Below are positions 1 through 11,537 of a stretch of 64,000 nucleotides of DNA, piece by piece. The translations under genes and the position numbers were made by a program. The notes under the pieces are model-generated. The model was not told where the DNA came from. It did no database searches and was given only the letters and a program-made list of their open reading frames with translations. Location of the stretch: the NCBI GenBank assembly GCA_964527765.1, contig CAZGQR010000009.1, forward strand, positions 4,579 through 68,578, read 5' to 3'. The DNA is from an uncultured Planctomycetia bacterium (GTDB taxonomy: Bacteria; Omnitrophota; Gorgyraeia; Tantalellales; Tantalellaceae). Every line of letters starts with the position of its first letter. Positions within the stretch are counted from its first letter, which is position 1.

Positions 1-357
1 GAGGTGCAGCTGCGCGCTGCGGGTATATTCGCCGAGGTTGATCTTATCGGTCTCGAGTTCCACCACGTCATCCAGTATGTCCTCGGGGCCGAAAACAGAT
101 ATCTTTGCGGGTTCCACCTTGACCTTATCGAACAGCGCGCGGTATCCTTCAGGCGACTTGCCGGAAAAAACCGGTTTCACCGGGACCTCTTTCACGACAA
201 ACTTATAATATGAAAAAACTTCTTCCGCGGTCTTTTTTTTCTGTGAAAATGAATCAGTATTGACCAGGTCAAAAACATAGAACCATGTCGCTATCGCGAG
301 CGCAAGCGCAATGACCTTCGGCCAGAAATTATTGAATATAATATCGCCGAGTCTCAT
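1..357 (-). CDS. cdaR: CdaR/YbbR-like regulator of diadenylate cyclase, 5' part only (runs off window start)
   Basis: Minus-strand reading frame starts at ATG (rc of cat 355-357), overlapping the cdaA stop. Manual translation begins MRLGDIIFNNFWPKVIALALAIATWFYVF..., a signal/TM-like N-terminus typical of YbbR proteins. Position directly downstream of cdaA matches the conserved cdaA-cdaR operon. Not in ORF track because it is truncated by the window edge. Confidence 0.45.
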   Translation of the reverse strand, partial: MRLGDIIFNNFWPKVIALALAIATWFYVFDLVNTDSFSQKKKTAEEVFSYYKFVVKEVPVKPVFSGKSPEGYRALFDKVKVEPAKISVFGPEDILDDVVELETDKINLGEYTRSAQLHL

Positions 358-360
358 ATA

Positions 361-1158
361 CTATTCCTGTAATACCCTTCGTTTTGCCAGGATCCTTTTA
401 ATAACCACCAGAAAAGACTGTTTCTTTACCTTGGGCATGTATAATTTCTCAAGCATTTTTGCAAGGTTCCTGTGCTCGACATCTTCGGTTATCTTCCCGC
501 CGGCAGCCGCGGAAATGGTGCCTGTTTCCTCGCTCACCACGATAACAACGGCATCCGTCTCCTCGCTGAGCCCCAGGGCCGCCCTGTGCCTGGTCCCCAT
601 TGTTTTCGGGACGTTGGGGTTCTGCGTGAGAGGAAAAAGACAGGCCGCCGCTTCTATACGGTGCTCGGAAATGATTATGCCTCCGTCGTGGAGGGGCGAT
701 CTCGGCGTAAATATCGAGTTTATGATCTCGCTGGTCACCTGCGAATCTATAGTAACGCCGCTTTCGACATACCGGCGCAGTCCGATCTCCCTCTCTATCG
801 CGATCAGGGCGCCTATCTTCTTTTTAGACAATATTACGGACGCCTTGGCTATCTCGCCGAGGATATGCCTCTCCCCGGAAAATATGCCGAACCGCCCTAT
901 GCTGGCCAGCCCTCTTCTGACCTCCGGCTGAAAGATAATAAGGAACGCGATGACCGAAATGGCGAGAAGCCGCGTCAGGAGCCAGTTGATGATGACAAGG
1001 TTAAACCCCCTGCTCAGCATGATGACGGCGGCGATCACGATGATCCCCTTGAGCACCTGTTCCGCGGCGGTCCCCTTCAGAAGAAGGTATATCATATAAT
1101 AGACGCCCCAGAGTATCAGTATCTCAAATATTATTTCCCAGGATTCCAGTAAAAACAT
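361..1158 (-). CDS. cdaA: diadenylate cyclase CdaA (3 N-terminal TM helices + DAC domain)
   Basis: 265-aa ORF with hydrophobic N-terminus then DisA_N/DAC motifs (DGA...RHRAALG...ETGTIS). Confidence 0.85.
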   Translation of the reverse strand: MFLLESWEIIFEILILWGVYYMIYLLLKGTAAEQVLKGIIVIAAVIMLSRGFNLVIINWLLTRLLAISVIAFLIIFQPEVRRGLASIGRFGIFSGERHILGEIAKASVILSKKKIGALIAIEREIGLRRYVESGVTIDSQVTSEIINSIFTPRSPLHDGGIIISEHRIEAAACLFPLTQNPNVPKTMGTRHRAALGLSEETDAVVIVVSEETGTISAAAGGKITEDVEHRNLAKMLEKLYMPKVKKQSFLVVIKRILAKRRVLQE

Positions 1159-1161
1159 GGT

Positions 1162-1995
1162 CTAAGCACCTGTTATTGCGTCTGCGATGCACGTGACGTC
1201 ACGCATCTCGCGGACATCATGAACCCTCACGATATCGGCACCGTTCATTATCGCGGCCGTAAAACTCGCCGCCGTGCCGAATATCCTGCCGCCGACCTCT
1301 TTTCCGGTAAGAGCGCCGATGAACGATTTGCGGGAAGTGCCGATAAGAACGGGTTTACCCAGATCCTTAAACCGGTCAAGCCGGCGCAGGATAACAAGGT
1401 TCTGTTCAACCGTCTTCCCGAACCCTATACCGGGGTCAACGATTATCTTTTCGGGATCTATCCCGGCTTTATGAGCCAGGTCGACCGAATCCGAAAGATA
1501 CAAAAAGATCTCCTCGATCACATCGTCGTAGTGCGGCTCCTCCTGCATGGTCTTCGGCTCGCCCAGCATGTGCATGAGGACAACACCCGCATCGAATTCG
1601 GCGATCGTCCGCGCCATATCCTCGCTCCCGCGCAGCGCCGTGATATCGTTGACCATAGAGACCCCTTCGGCCAGCGCCCGACGGGCCACCTCGCTCTTGT
1701 AAGTATCGATCGACAGCGGCACGTCAATTGCCCCGGCAAGCTCCCTTATGACCGGCATGACGCGGTCAAGTTCTTCTTCCGCGGAAATGCGTTCCGACCC
1801 GGGACGCGAGGACTCCCCGCCGATATCTATGATATCGGCGCCCCCGTCCGCCATCTGTTTCGCTTTTTCTACCGCGCCGGGCGAGTCCAGATATCTGCCG
1901 CCGTCACTGAAAGAATCGGGCGTGATATTCAGCACGCCCATGATACAGGTGCGCTCCCCGACCGGGAGCATATGATCTTTCAGGCACAGCCCCAA
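1162..1995 (-). CDS. folP: dihydropteroate synthase
   Basis: 277 aa. Pterin-binding DHPS signatures (GVLNITPDSFSDGG, DIIDIGGESSRPG, VHDV). 4-nt gap to cdaA. Confidence 0.9.
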   Translation of the reverse strand: MGLCLKDHMLPVGERTCIMGVLNITPDSFSDGGRYLDSPGAVEKAKQMADGGADIIDIGGESSRPGSERISAEEELDRVMPVIRELAGAIDVPLSIDTYKSEVARRALAEGVSMVNDITALRGSEDMARTIAEFDAGVVLMHMLGEPKTMQEEPHYDDVIEEIFLYLSDSVDLAHKAGIDPEKIIVDPGIGFGKTVEQNLVILRRLDRFKDLGKPVLIGTSRKSFIGALTGKEVGGRIFGTAASFTAAIMNGADIVRVHDVREMRDVTCIADAITGA

Positions 1996-2010
1996 AGCGC
2001 ATCCCGCCTT

Positions 2011-3933
<1,923 letters not shown>

Positions 3934-4026
3934 TCTTACCTGACTGTTCTATAAGTAATGATATTGAATTTGATAGTAGTAATCATACCGGACGCGGTGC
4001 TATTGTAACATACTCCTCAAACACGG

Positions 4027-5103
4027 TCAACTGCGCCTTTTCCTGAAAATGATCTCATCGCCATGCTTGGTCACTCTTATTTTTCCTGGAAAATCCAGCG
4101 ATTTGTTCCTTTCCGCGGCTCTCAGGAAATAATCCATGTCCATCCAGTGCCGGTACGTGAGCTTCTTGATATTACCCCCGGCTCTCCTGAAAAGCTCTTT
4201 GAAAAGTTCTTTTCTCAGCGCTTTCGGCTGAAGAAGAATATCCTTGATCTTTATGCCGCTGGCGCGCGTCCCCTTAGAAAAGTTTTTTCTAACGGGGCCC
4301 GCATGCCTCTCGATGGCCTTTTTCTTCTCCGTATCAAGAAAGACAAGATCCTCCCTGAGGGTATCGGACAGGTTCACCAGGGACCGTTTAAGGCCCGGAT
4401 TATATTTTTCAAGAAGGGGCAATATCTCGTGGCGTACCCTGTTGCGCAAAAATCTAACGTCCAGGTTGGTCTTGTCTTCGACATATTTTGACCCGGTTTT
4501 TTTAAAAAAGTCCAGGACATCACGCCTCTCGACCCTTATCAGGGGGCGGATGATCCTTCGTCCGTCCTCGTACCTGACCGGGGGAATGCCGGTGATCCCG
4601 GCAGATGACGACCCGTAAATGATCCTCATCAGGACCGTCTCGGCCTGGTCGTCCATTGTATGCCCCGTGGCTATCACGTTGCATTTGTTGCGGGCGGCCG
4701 CCTCAAGCAGGAACGCGTATCTTTTTCCCCGGGCCTGTTCCTCGACCGAGATACCCTTTTTCCTCCCGGATCTCAGGTTTACTTTTTTATGGACGCATTT
4801 CAGCCCTGACTCCCCGGACAGTCTTTTCACGAATTCAGAATCGCGCCTGGACGCGGTCCCCCTGAGTCCGTGATCCATGTTCCCTACGACTATCTCCAGG
4901 TCCAGTTCCCTGCGGAACCGCAGGAGCGCTTCCAGAAGACATACGGAATCCGGGCCTCCTGATACCGCCACCAGCACCCTGTCTCCTTTATGAAGCATGT
5001 CGTACTGCTTTACGGCATCCCTTACCCTTTTTAAAAAAGCGGAACCGGATAGCCCCCGCCTGCCGGCGGCGGGTTTAGTCTTTTTTTGTTTTCTTCTTTT
5101 CAT
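4027..5103 (-). CDS. tilS: tRNA(Ile)-lysidine synthetase TilS
   Basis: PP-loop SGGPDS (VLVAVSGGPDSVCLL). ORF track extends to 5238 with an Arg/Lys-rich N-terminal extension overlapping queH. Start reassigned to internal ATG at 5103 (M46), ~20 aa before the PP-loop as in TilS. Conserved tilS-ftsH adjacency. Confidence 0.8.
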   Translation of the reverse strand: MKRRKQKKTKPAAGRRGLSGSAFLKRVRDAVKQYDMLHKGDRVLVAVSGGPDSVCLLEALLRFRRELDLEIVVGNMDHGLRGTASRRDSEFVKRLSGESGLKCVHKKVNLRSGRKKGISVEEQARGKRYAFLLEAAARNKCNVIATGHTMDDQAETVLMRIIYGSSSAGITGIPPVRYEDGRRIIRPLIRVERRDVLDFFKKTGSKYVEDKTNLDVRFLRNRVRHEILPLLEKYNPGLKRSLVNLSDTLREDLVFLDTEKKKAIERHAGPVRKNFSKGTRASGIKIKDILLQPKALRKELFKELFRRAGGNIKKLTYRHWMDMDYFLRAAERNKSLDFPGKIRVTKHGDEIIFRKRRS

Positions 5104-5653
5104 TTTCCCTGCGTTCCTTTTTCGCCAGCGATTCTTCAAGGCTGTAGATGCAGCCGCAATAATTCTGCCGGTACAGTCCCCATTCCCGCGAGAGCTCCGT
5201 CGCCCTGGCAAATCCGCCTTTCTTCTTGAAATCCGCACAGATGAAGCGCTCGCCGCCTATTTTCCGGCCGATAGCGTTCACGAGCGTCACGTCTTTAAGG
5301 GGACTTACCGTCAACGTGGTGGCAAATGCATTGAATATCCCCTTTTTAAAATATTCATGGGTTTTCTCCAGGCGCATGTTAAAACATATCTCGCAGCGGG
5401 CTCCCCCTTCCGCCGAGTACTCCTTTCCCTTGACCAGCTCGAACCACCTCTGGCGGTCATAGGGGCCTTCTACCAGGTCGAATCCCAGCTGGCGGGCGAC
5501 TTCGGCCGCCCCGTCAAGGCGCCTCTTATACTCATCGGCGGGATGGATATTTGGGTTATAGAAAAACCCCGTCACCCGGTACCCATCGCACATCAGCTGT
5601 TCGGCGACCGAGGAAGCGCATGTCCCGCAACATATGTGCAGCAGAACCTTCAT
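5075..5653 (-). CDS. queH: epoxyqueuosine reductase QueH (DUF208)
   Basis: 192 aa starting MKVLLHICCGTCAS with additional conserved Cys (CEICF, CGCIY) typical of QueH. Lys-rich C-terminal tail. Confidence 0.75.
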   Translation of the reverse strand: MKVLLHICCGTCASSVAEQLMCDGYRVTGFFYNPNIHPADEYKRRLDGAAEVARQLGFDLVEGPYDRQRWFELVKGKEYSAEGGARCEICFNMRLEKTHEYFKKGIFNAFATTLTVSPLKDVTLVNAIGRKIGGERFICADFKKKGGFARATELSREWGLYRQNYCGCIYSLEESLAKKERRENEKKKTKKD

Positions 5654-5711
5654 GTCTGATTTTACCCTGCCTCTTATACTGTACTATTTTTACCCTGTTC
5701 CTTATGCTGCA

Positions 5712-6626
5712 TCACACGACAACCGATAAAAAATCTTCCGCCACTTCAATATTCGAGTACCCCTTTACCATGGCCTTTAACTCCCCCGCATCCTGATATT
5801 TCCTGCTTATATGCGTAAGGACGGTCCGCTTTACCTGTTCCTTCAAAACCATTTCGAGGACCTCCGGCAGCGCGGCATGTTCATGGGGCCTGTCGCGGCC
5901 CACATCCCCGAAATACGTACAATCCTGTATCAATAGATCCGCCCCGCGGACCAGTTTCTTCAGATTGTTGCAGATCCTGGTATCGCCGGAATAAACTATT
6001 TTCTTGCCCTTTTTCGTCATGGATATATCTTTAAGCGTTATCTTCTTCTTCCCCAGAAAGACCTTGCCCTTCTCTTTCAATTTGCTGTACACTTCTCCTT
6101 TTTGCGGCAGCCCGAGAGTGATGGCTTTCCTCAGGTCGATAGAGGTCTTGTCCTTTTCCATCAAGGCATAGGCGACGGCAGGCACGCCGTGCTTGACCGG
6201 TATGGAAACTATGCGAAACCTGTTCGTTGACATGAGGGGCGTGATCCGCCTGCCTCTCGCGGGAACCCTGCGAACGTCTATCCTGAAATTGCTCATGGAG
6301 CGGCTGAACCCGAGACACCTGCGGACCCTCCGCGCCTCCGGAGCATAAACAGTAAGGGGGCGCTTCCTGTCCTCGAACCCCATCGAATCCGTCATACCGG
6401 GAAGCCCCAGACAGTGGTCCCCGTGCCAGTGCGTTATGAACACGTCATTTATTTTCATTGAGTTAAGCCCCGCGGTCATGAGCTGCCTCTGCGTCCCTTC
6501 ACCGCAGTCAAAAAGCAGGCAGAACTCTTTTCCGTCGTCATAGCTTAAATGTATGGCCGCGTGGGCTCTTTCCCTGGTCGGAACCCCCGCGGTCGTCCCG
6601 AGTATATTTACTGCAATTCTTGACAT
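5712..6626 (-). CDS. rnz: ribonuclease Z (metallo-beta-lactamase fold)
   Basis: HxHxDH motif (THWHGDHCLGLPG). ORF track start 6698 is probably an upstream extension; internal ATG at 6626 (MSRIAVNILGTTAG) fits RNase Z N-terminus. Confidence 0.8.
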   Translation of the reverse strand: MSRIAVNILGTTAGVPTRERAHAAIHLSYDDGKEFCLLFDCGEGTQRQLMTAGLNSMKINDVFITHWHGDHCLGLPGMTDSMGFEDRKRPLTVYAPEARRVRRCLGFSRSMSNFRIDVRRVPARGRRITPLMSTNRFRIVSIPVKHGVPAVAYALMEKDKTSIDLRKAITLGLPQKGEVYSKLKEKGKVFLGKKKITLKDISMTKKGKKIVYSGDTRICNNLKKLVRGADLLIQDCTYFGDVGRDRPHEHAALPEVLEMVLKEQVKRTVLTHISRKYQDAGELKAMVKGYSNIEVAEDFLSVVV

Positions 6627-6727
6627 GTGTATCCTTTCGTTAATTGCTGACTTTGTTTGTAAGAGTGCAGTATGTTCCCGTACAGGGAGGATCCACACCG
6701 GGCGGAGGGGCCCTGGTAGGGAACATA

Positions 6728-7675
6728 CTAAACTCTTTGATTTCTCTTCCAGTATCTTACCGTCCGGCGCAGGCCCTCTTCGGTCGATACAGCCGGATCA
6801 TAGCCGAGCAGATCGGCCGCGCGCGTAATGTCATAGACCCTGTCCTTAAATATCCCCTTTGCTTTCCTGCGTAAAGGAGGGACGGTCATGAGGAGTCTCA
6901 CCGCCCACCCCGGCACGATCGGGGGGCAAGTGCCCTCCAGTTCATCATACAGTATTTCCAGGAACCTCCTGGGGGTTATGATCTCTTTGTCCGCGACCAT
7001 GAACGTACCGCGCGTGGCTTCGTCCTTTTCGAGCGCGAGTTCCAGCGCCTGTACCACATTGCCCACGTACACCAGATGAAGCTTGGAATCCATCTCCGGC
7101 ACGTCAAGGATCGGGATGCGGCGCGATCTTACCGCCCTCAGGATCCTGTCCAGAGCATGAGGTTCATCCTCACCGTAAACCATGCAGGGCCTTATCACGG
7201 AGACCGGGAGCCCTTTCCGGCGGAACTCAAGCGCTACGCGCTCGGCTTCGATCTTGGACCTACCGTAAGCGCTTGTTGCCTTGTACGGCAGGTCATCCGC
7301 GAGCGGCACCTGCGGATTCCCGCTTACCACGGCGACGGAGCTCAGGTAAATGAGCCTTTTTACGCCGTAAGTCCGGCATGCCCGGCATACGCTGCGGGTG
7401 GCTTCGACATTGATCCTGCAAAGTTCCGCTTCATCTTTTTCGGTGACACTGGCCGCGCAGTGAAAAACGGCCCGGGGCCGCGCTTCGCCAAAGATCCTGT
7501 CCACCGCACCGGTATCCGTTACGTCGCCTGTTGCCAGGGATACGCCCATTTCCCGCAGAAGATCCGTTTTGCTCGTTTCCCTGACAAGACAGGTCACCTC
7601 ATGGCCCTTTGGCAAAAGACGTTTTACCAGGTTCCTGCCGAGAAAGCCGGTCGCGCCCGTAACCAGTATCTTCAT
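6728..7675 (-). CDS. NAD-dependent epimerase/dehydratase (extended SDR)
   Basis: Rossmann motif MKILVTGATGFLG at the reassigned start (ATG 7673-7675, ATGA overlap with the upstream SemiSWEET stop). Catalytic YGRSK. ORF track start 7903 is an antisense-free extension through the SemiSWEET gene. Confidence 0.75.
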   Translation of the reverse strand: MKILVTGATGFLGRNLVKRLLPKGHEVTCLVRETSKTDLLREMGVSLATGDVTDTGAVDRIFGEARPRAVFHCAASVTEKDEAELCRINVEATRSVCRACRTYGVKRLIYLSSVAVVSGNPQVPLADDLPYKATSAYGRSKIEAERVALEFRRKGLPVSVIRPCMVYGEDEPHALDRILRAVRSRRIPILDVPEMDSKLHLVYVGNVVQALELALEKDEATRGTFMVADKEIITPRRFLEILYDELEGTCPPIVPGWAVRLLMTVPPLRRKAKGIFKDRVYDITRAADLLGYDPAVSTEEGLRRTVRYWKRNQRV

Positions 7676-7947
7676 TTCCCCGTCCCGCCTCCGTACATGA
7701 CCTTGGCCGCCAGTATGAAAAGACACAGGATGAGCGAGACGCTGTTTGCCAGTATGATCGGAAACTGTCTTAAAAAGATCCCGTAAACCAGCCACAGGAA
7801 AATACCGGCTGTAAGGATAGCGAACATGTACAGCGAGATATCCCTCACGTGCCTGGTCTTCAGGATCTTGATTATCTGTGGTATGAAGGATATCGTCGTG
7901 CATATGCCGGCAATGATCCCTATAATACCGATATGCAGCTGCTGCAT
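7672..7947 (-). CDS. SemiSWEET / PQ-loop 3-TM sugar transporter
   Basis: 91 aa, three hydrophobic helices, PQ motif (FIPQIIKILKTRHVRDIS) in helix 1 as in bacterial SemiSWEETs. Confidence 0.7.
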   Translation of the reverse strand: MQQLHIGIIGIIAGICTTISFIPQIIKILKTRHVRDISLYMFAILTAGIFLWLVYGIFLRQFPIILANSVSLILCLFILAAKVMYGGGTGK

Positions 7948-7948
7948 A

Positions 7949-9931
7949 TTAGGCTGCCTCCTGTTCCTTCAGCATTTTCTTCAGCCTCGCGATCTGGTCC
8001 CTGTAAACGATCGCTTTCTCGAATTGCAGGTTCCTTGCCGCCTGTTCCATGTCGCTTTCAAGCTGAGCTATGACCTCCAGGATGTCGTACTCTTCTTCGC
8101 TTTCGCCGGTCACATCCTGGACTATCTCCTTGGCCCGCCTGTACGCCTCGATCCCGTCCTTCACGGCTTTCATGATCGTCTTCGGTTTGATGCCGTGCTC
8201 CTCGTTGAACTTGATCTGCCTTTCTCTTCTCGCGTTCGTGACGTCAATGGTCTTCTGCATCGATTCGGTCATGTTGTCCGCGTATAACAATACCTGGCTG
8301 TTCACGTTCCTCGCGGCCCTCCCGGCTACCTGTATCAGCGAAGTCGCGCTCCTCAGGAAACCTTCCTTGTCGGCATCCAGCACGGCGACCAGCGAGACCT
8401 CCGGAAGGTCCAGGCCCTCCCGGAGCAGATTGATGCCGACCAGGCAATCGAATTTCCCCAGCCGGAGGTCGCGTATTATCTCTATGCGGTCCAGCGCGTT
8501 GATCTCGGAATGAAGGTACCGCACGCGCAGTTTCATCTCTTTGAGAAAACGCGTGAGCTCTTCCGCCAGGCGCTTGGTCAAAGTGGTCACCAGGGTCCTC
8601 TCGTTCCTGGCGGCGCGTTTTTTTACTTCCTCTATCAAATCGTATATCTGGTCTTTCGTCGGGCGCACGGCGATCGGCGGGTCCACCAGGCCCGTAGGAC
8701 GTATGACCTGCTCGGCAACTACCTTGCTTTGCGAGATCTCGTAATTCGTGGGGGTCGCCGAAACAAAAAGGATCTGTTTCACTATTCCCATGAATTCATC
8801 GAATTTCAGGGGTCTATTGTCCAGCGCCGACGGCAAACGAAAACCGTAATCGACCAGCGTCCTCTTCCTGGCCTGGTCGCCGTTATACATCGCGTGCAGC
8901 TGTGGAAGCGTAACATGCGACTCGTCTATAATAACAAGGAAATCGTCGCCGAAATAGTCCAGGAGGCACCAGGGACGGCTGCCAGGCGCTCTGCCGGAGA
9001 GATGGCGCGAGTAGTTCTCTATGCCGCTGCAATAACCCAGCTCACCCAGCATGTCCATATCGTATTTGGTCCTCGTTTCCAGGCGCTGCGCCTCCAGGAG
9101 TTTTCCCTCGCCTCTCAGCTCGGCAAGACGTTCTTCCAGTTCGGCGGCGATCAATTTCAGCGCGCTTTTTACCTTGTCCTCGGTGGTAACAAAATGTCTC
9201 GCGGGATAGATCGCTACCCTGTCGAGTTTCGCCAGGACGCCGCCCGAAACCGGGTGTATCTCGGACACGCGGGTGACCTCATCGCCGAAAAATTCCACCC
9301 GCAGCGCCGTTTCCTTGTACGCCGGCAGTACTTCCACTATATCCCCGCGGACCCGGAACTTTCCCCGCTGGAGCTCCATGTCATTCCGTTCATACTGTAT
9401 ATCCACCAGCTTTTTCAGGAATTCCTCCCTGGCAAGGGGCTGGGATGATTCCACGTTCACCAGCATGGTCGAATAATCTTCCGGGGACCCGAGGCCGTAG
9501 ATACAGGACACGCTGGCGACTATCAAAACGTCACGGCGCGAAAACAGCGAACTTGTCGCGGACAACCTGAGACGGTCTATATCTTCGTTGATCGAAGCGT
9601 CTTTTTCGATATACACATCGGTCTGCGGGACATACGCCTCCGGCTGGTAATAGTCATAATAACTGACGAAATACTCAACGGCGTTCTTCGGGAAGAAATC
9701 CCTGAACTCCGCAAAAAGCTGCGCCGCCAGGGTCTTGTTGTGGGAAATGACCAGCGTAGGCCTGTTGATAAGCTCCACGATATTGGCCATCGTGAAGGTC
9801 TTGCCGCTGCCGGTAACGCCAAGGAGCGTCTGAAAGGGGTTTCCTTTTTCAATGGATCCCGTGATCTTCTCGATCGCTTCCGCCTGATCGCCCGCAGGTT
9901 CAAGATCAGTGATCAGCTTAAATCTTTCCAT
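7949..9931 (-). CDS. uvrB: excinuclease ABC subunit B
   Basis: 660 aa. Helicase motifs (GVTGSGKT, DESH), UvrB interaction and C-terminal UvrC-binding coiled coil. Confidence 0.95.
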   Translation of the reverse strand: MERFKLITDLEPAGDQAEAIEKITGSIEKGNPFQTLLGVTGSGKTFTMANIVELINRPTLVISHNKTLAAQLFAEFRDFFPKNAVEYFVSYYDYYQPEAYVPQTDVYIEKDASINEDIDRLRLSATSSLFSRRDVLIVASVSCIYGLGSPEDYSTMLVNVESSQPLAREEFLKKLVDIQYERNDMELQRGKFRVRGDIVEVLPAYKETALRVEFFGDEVTRVSEIHPVSGGVLAKLDRVAIYPARHFVTTEDKVKSALKLIAAELEERLAELRGEGKLLEAQRLETRTKYDMDMLGELGYCSGIENYSRHLSGRAPGSRPWCLLDYFGDDFLVIIDESHVTLPQLHAMYNGDQARKRTLVDYGFRLPSALDNRPLKFDEFMGIVKQILFVSATPTNYEISQSKVVAEQVIRPTGLVDPPIAVRPTKDQIYDLIEEVKKRAARNERTLVTTLTKRLAEELTRFLKEMKLRVRYLHSEINALDRIEIIRDLRLGKFDCLVGINLLREGLDLPEVSLVAVLDADKEGFLRSATSLIQVAGRAARNVNSQVLLYADNMTESMQKTIDVTNARRERQIKFNEEHGIKPKTIMKAVKDGIEAYRRAKEIVQDVTGESEEEYDILEVIAQLESDMEQAARNLQFEKAIVYRDQIARLKKMLKEQEAA

Positions 9932-10820
9932 CTTTTAAAACTATCTCCAGGCTGAAATCGATCGGCCGCACGAAACCGGTAATAGCTCCGACGGAGATGA
10001 TCTCTATGCCCGTCCCGGCATAATCCCTGATGTTCTCCTCGCTGATGCCGCCCGAGACCTCAAAAAGCGCCTTTTCTTCCATGTTCTTTTTCTTGCGTAG
10101 AGCGACCGCATCGCGGACCATCTGCGGGGACATGTTGTCCAGCATGATGACATCGGGGCTTTCCTCAAGGGCGTATTCGCATTCCTTCAACGTTTCTACT
10201 TCTATTTCTATCCTGACGTTCTTCTGCGCCTTTTCCCTGGCGCGCCTGATGGCTTCTTTTATGATGACCTCGCTGTCAGAGGTCTTCATCTGCATGGCCA
10301 GCGCCCTTAAATGATTATCTTTTATCAGGACCATGTCCCATAATCCCTCTCTGTGGTTGCGGCCGCCGCCGACGGTGACCGCGTACTTCTGAAGGTATCT
10401 GTGAAGGGGGATCGTTTTCCGCGTGTCATATACCTTCGCCTTCATCCCTGCCGTTCTATCGACCATCTCCCGCGTCTTCGTGGCCACCCCGCTCATCATC
10501 CCCAGGAAGTTAAGCGCTGTCCTTTCCCCCTTCAGGATCGCCCGCGCCTCGCCTTCGATGAACGCTATCTCCTGTCCGGGCTCGATAAGATCACCGTCCT
10601 TTACCATGGGACGAAACCTGAGGCTGTATTCTGCGGCGGCAAAGACCCTCTCGATGACCTCCATGCCGCAGGCCACGCCCTTTTCATGCGACATGATACA
10701 GGCATCCGTATCAAGGAACCTGTCAATGACCGCCTGCGACGTGATATCGCCTCCCCGGATATCCTCTTTCAGCGCGGCCCGGACGATCCTATCCACTCTT
10801 TTCTTGTCCAGGTCTTTCAT
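9918..10820 (-). CDS. nadC: nicotinate-nucleotide pyrophosphorylase (quinolinate phosphoribosyltransferase)
   Basis: QPRTase family sequence (ILKGERTALNFLGMMSGVAT, VYDTRKT, LIKDNH). Start moved to ATG 10820 (MKDLDKK), giving a 4-nt overlap with rluB. Confidence 0.85.
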   Translation of the reverse strand: MKDLDKKRVDRIVRAALKEDIRGGDITSQAVIDRFLDTDACIMSHEKGVACGMEVIERVFAAAEYSLRFRPMVKDGDLIEPGQEIAFIEGEARAILKGERTALNFLGMMSGVATKTREMVDRTAGMKAKVYDTRKTIPLHRYLQKYAVTVGGGRNHREGLWDMVLIKDNHLRALAMQMKTSDSEVIIKEAIRRAREKAQKNVRIEIEVETLKECEYALEESPDVIMLDNMSPQMVRDAVALRKKKNMEEKALFEVSGGISEENIRDYAGTGIEIISVGAITGFVRPIDFSLEIVLKDGKI

Positions 10821-11536
10821 GCTCCCAGTTCCCTCAATCTTTCGATTTCCTTTCGGGTGAGCTCTCTGAACTCGCCTTCCTTCAGCCCCTTCAATGTCAG
10901 CCCCGCATATCCGGTGCGCTTGAGCTGCACGACCCTGGCGCCGCATGCTTCGAACATCCGCCGGACCTGTCTCTTGCGGCCCTCATGCAGCTTTATCCTG
11001 TACACCCCTGCCTTGCCGCTCTTCCTTTCCAGCTTCACCCTGCAGGGGGATGTAAGCTTTCCGTCGATCCTGATACCGCGTTCGATCTTCCGGATATCGC
11101 TCCCCGTAATAAAAGGCTCGACCGTGACGGCGTATTCCTTCTCTGTTTCAAAACTGGGATGCGCGAGCCTGTGCGTGAGTTTTCCGTCATTGGTGACTAT
11201 CAGGATCCCGGTCGTATCCTTGTCCAGGCGTCCCACGGGATAAAGCCGGGCGTTTATGTCCCTGAAAAAATCCGTCACTTTTTTCCGGCCGTGCGTATCG
11301 CTGACGGTAGAGATAACACCTTTCGGCTTGTAAAATAAAAAATGATATTTCTTCTCCTCGCCGGAAAGAGGCCGGCCGCTGACCAGTATTTCGTGCTTTG
11401 CCGGATCAAGCCTGAACCCCTTGTCGGTCACGGGCAGCCCGTTCACCCTTACTTTACCGTTCTCGATAAGCTGTGCCGCGCGTCTTCTCGAAGCTACACC
11501 GGCATGCGCGAGAACCATCTGCAACCTTTTTTTCAT
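10817..11536 (-). CDS. rluB: rRNA pseudouridine synthase, RluB/RsuA family (S4 + PseudoU_synth_2)
   Basis: N-terminal S4 domain (RLQMVLAHAGVASRRRAAQLIENGKVRVNG) and catalytic VGRLDKDTTG motif. Confidence 0.8.
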   Translation of the reverse strand: MKKRLQMVLAHAGVASRRRAAQLIENGKVRVNGLPVTDKGFRLDPAKHEILVSGRPLSGEEKKYHFLFYKPKGVISTVSDTHGRKKVTDFFRDINARLYPVGRLDKDTTGILIVTNDGKLTHRLAHPSFETEKEYAVTVEPFITGSDIRKIERGIRIDGKLTSPCRVKLERKSGKAGVYRIKLHEGRKRQVRRMFEACGARVVQLKRTGYAGLTLKGLKEGEFRELTRKEIERLRELGA

Positions 11537-11537
11537 A

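Noticed and set aside
4-213. 69-aa plus-strand ORF at window start
   Set aside because: Overlaps the minus-strand cdaR-like gene whose N-terminus and operon position are convincing. No RBS or homology.
5104-5238. Arg/Lys-rich N-terminal extensions in ORF-track calls (tilS to 5238, and likewise rnz to 6698, epimerase to 7903, nadC to 10946, cimA to 15916, hom to 20780, lepB to 25910, trpG to 38039, alaS to 46567)
   Set aside because: Extensions overlap the 3' end of the upstream gene, lack conservation-type sequence, and each has an internal ATG positioned to give a 1-4-nt start/stop junction and a canonical family N-terminus. Treated as ORF-caller artefacts.
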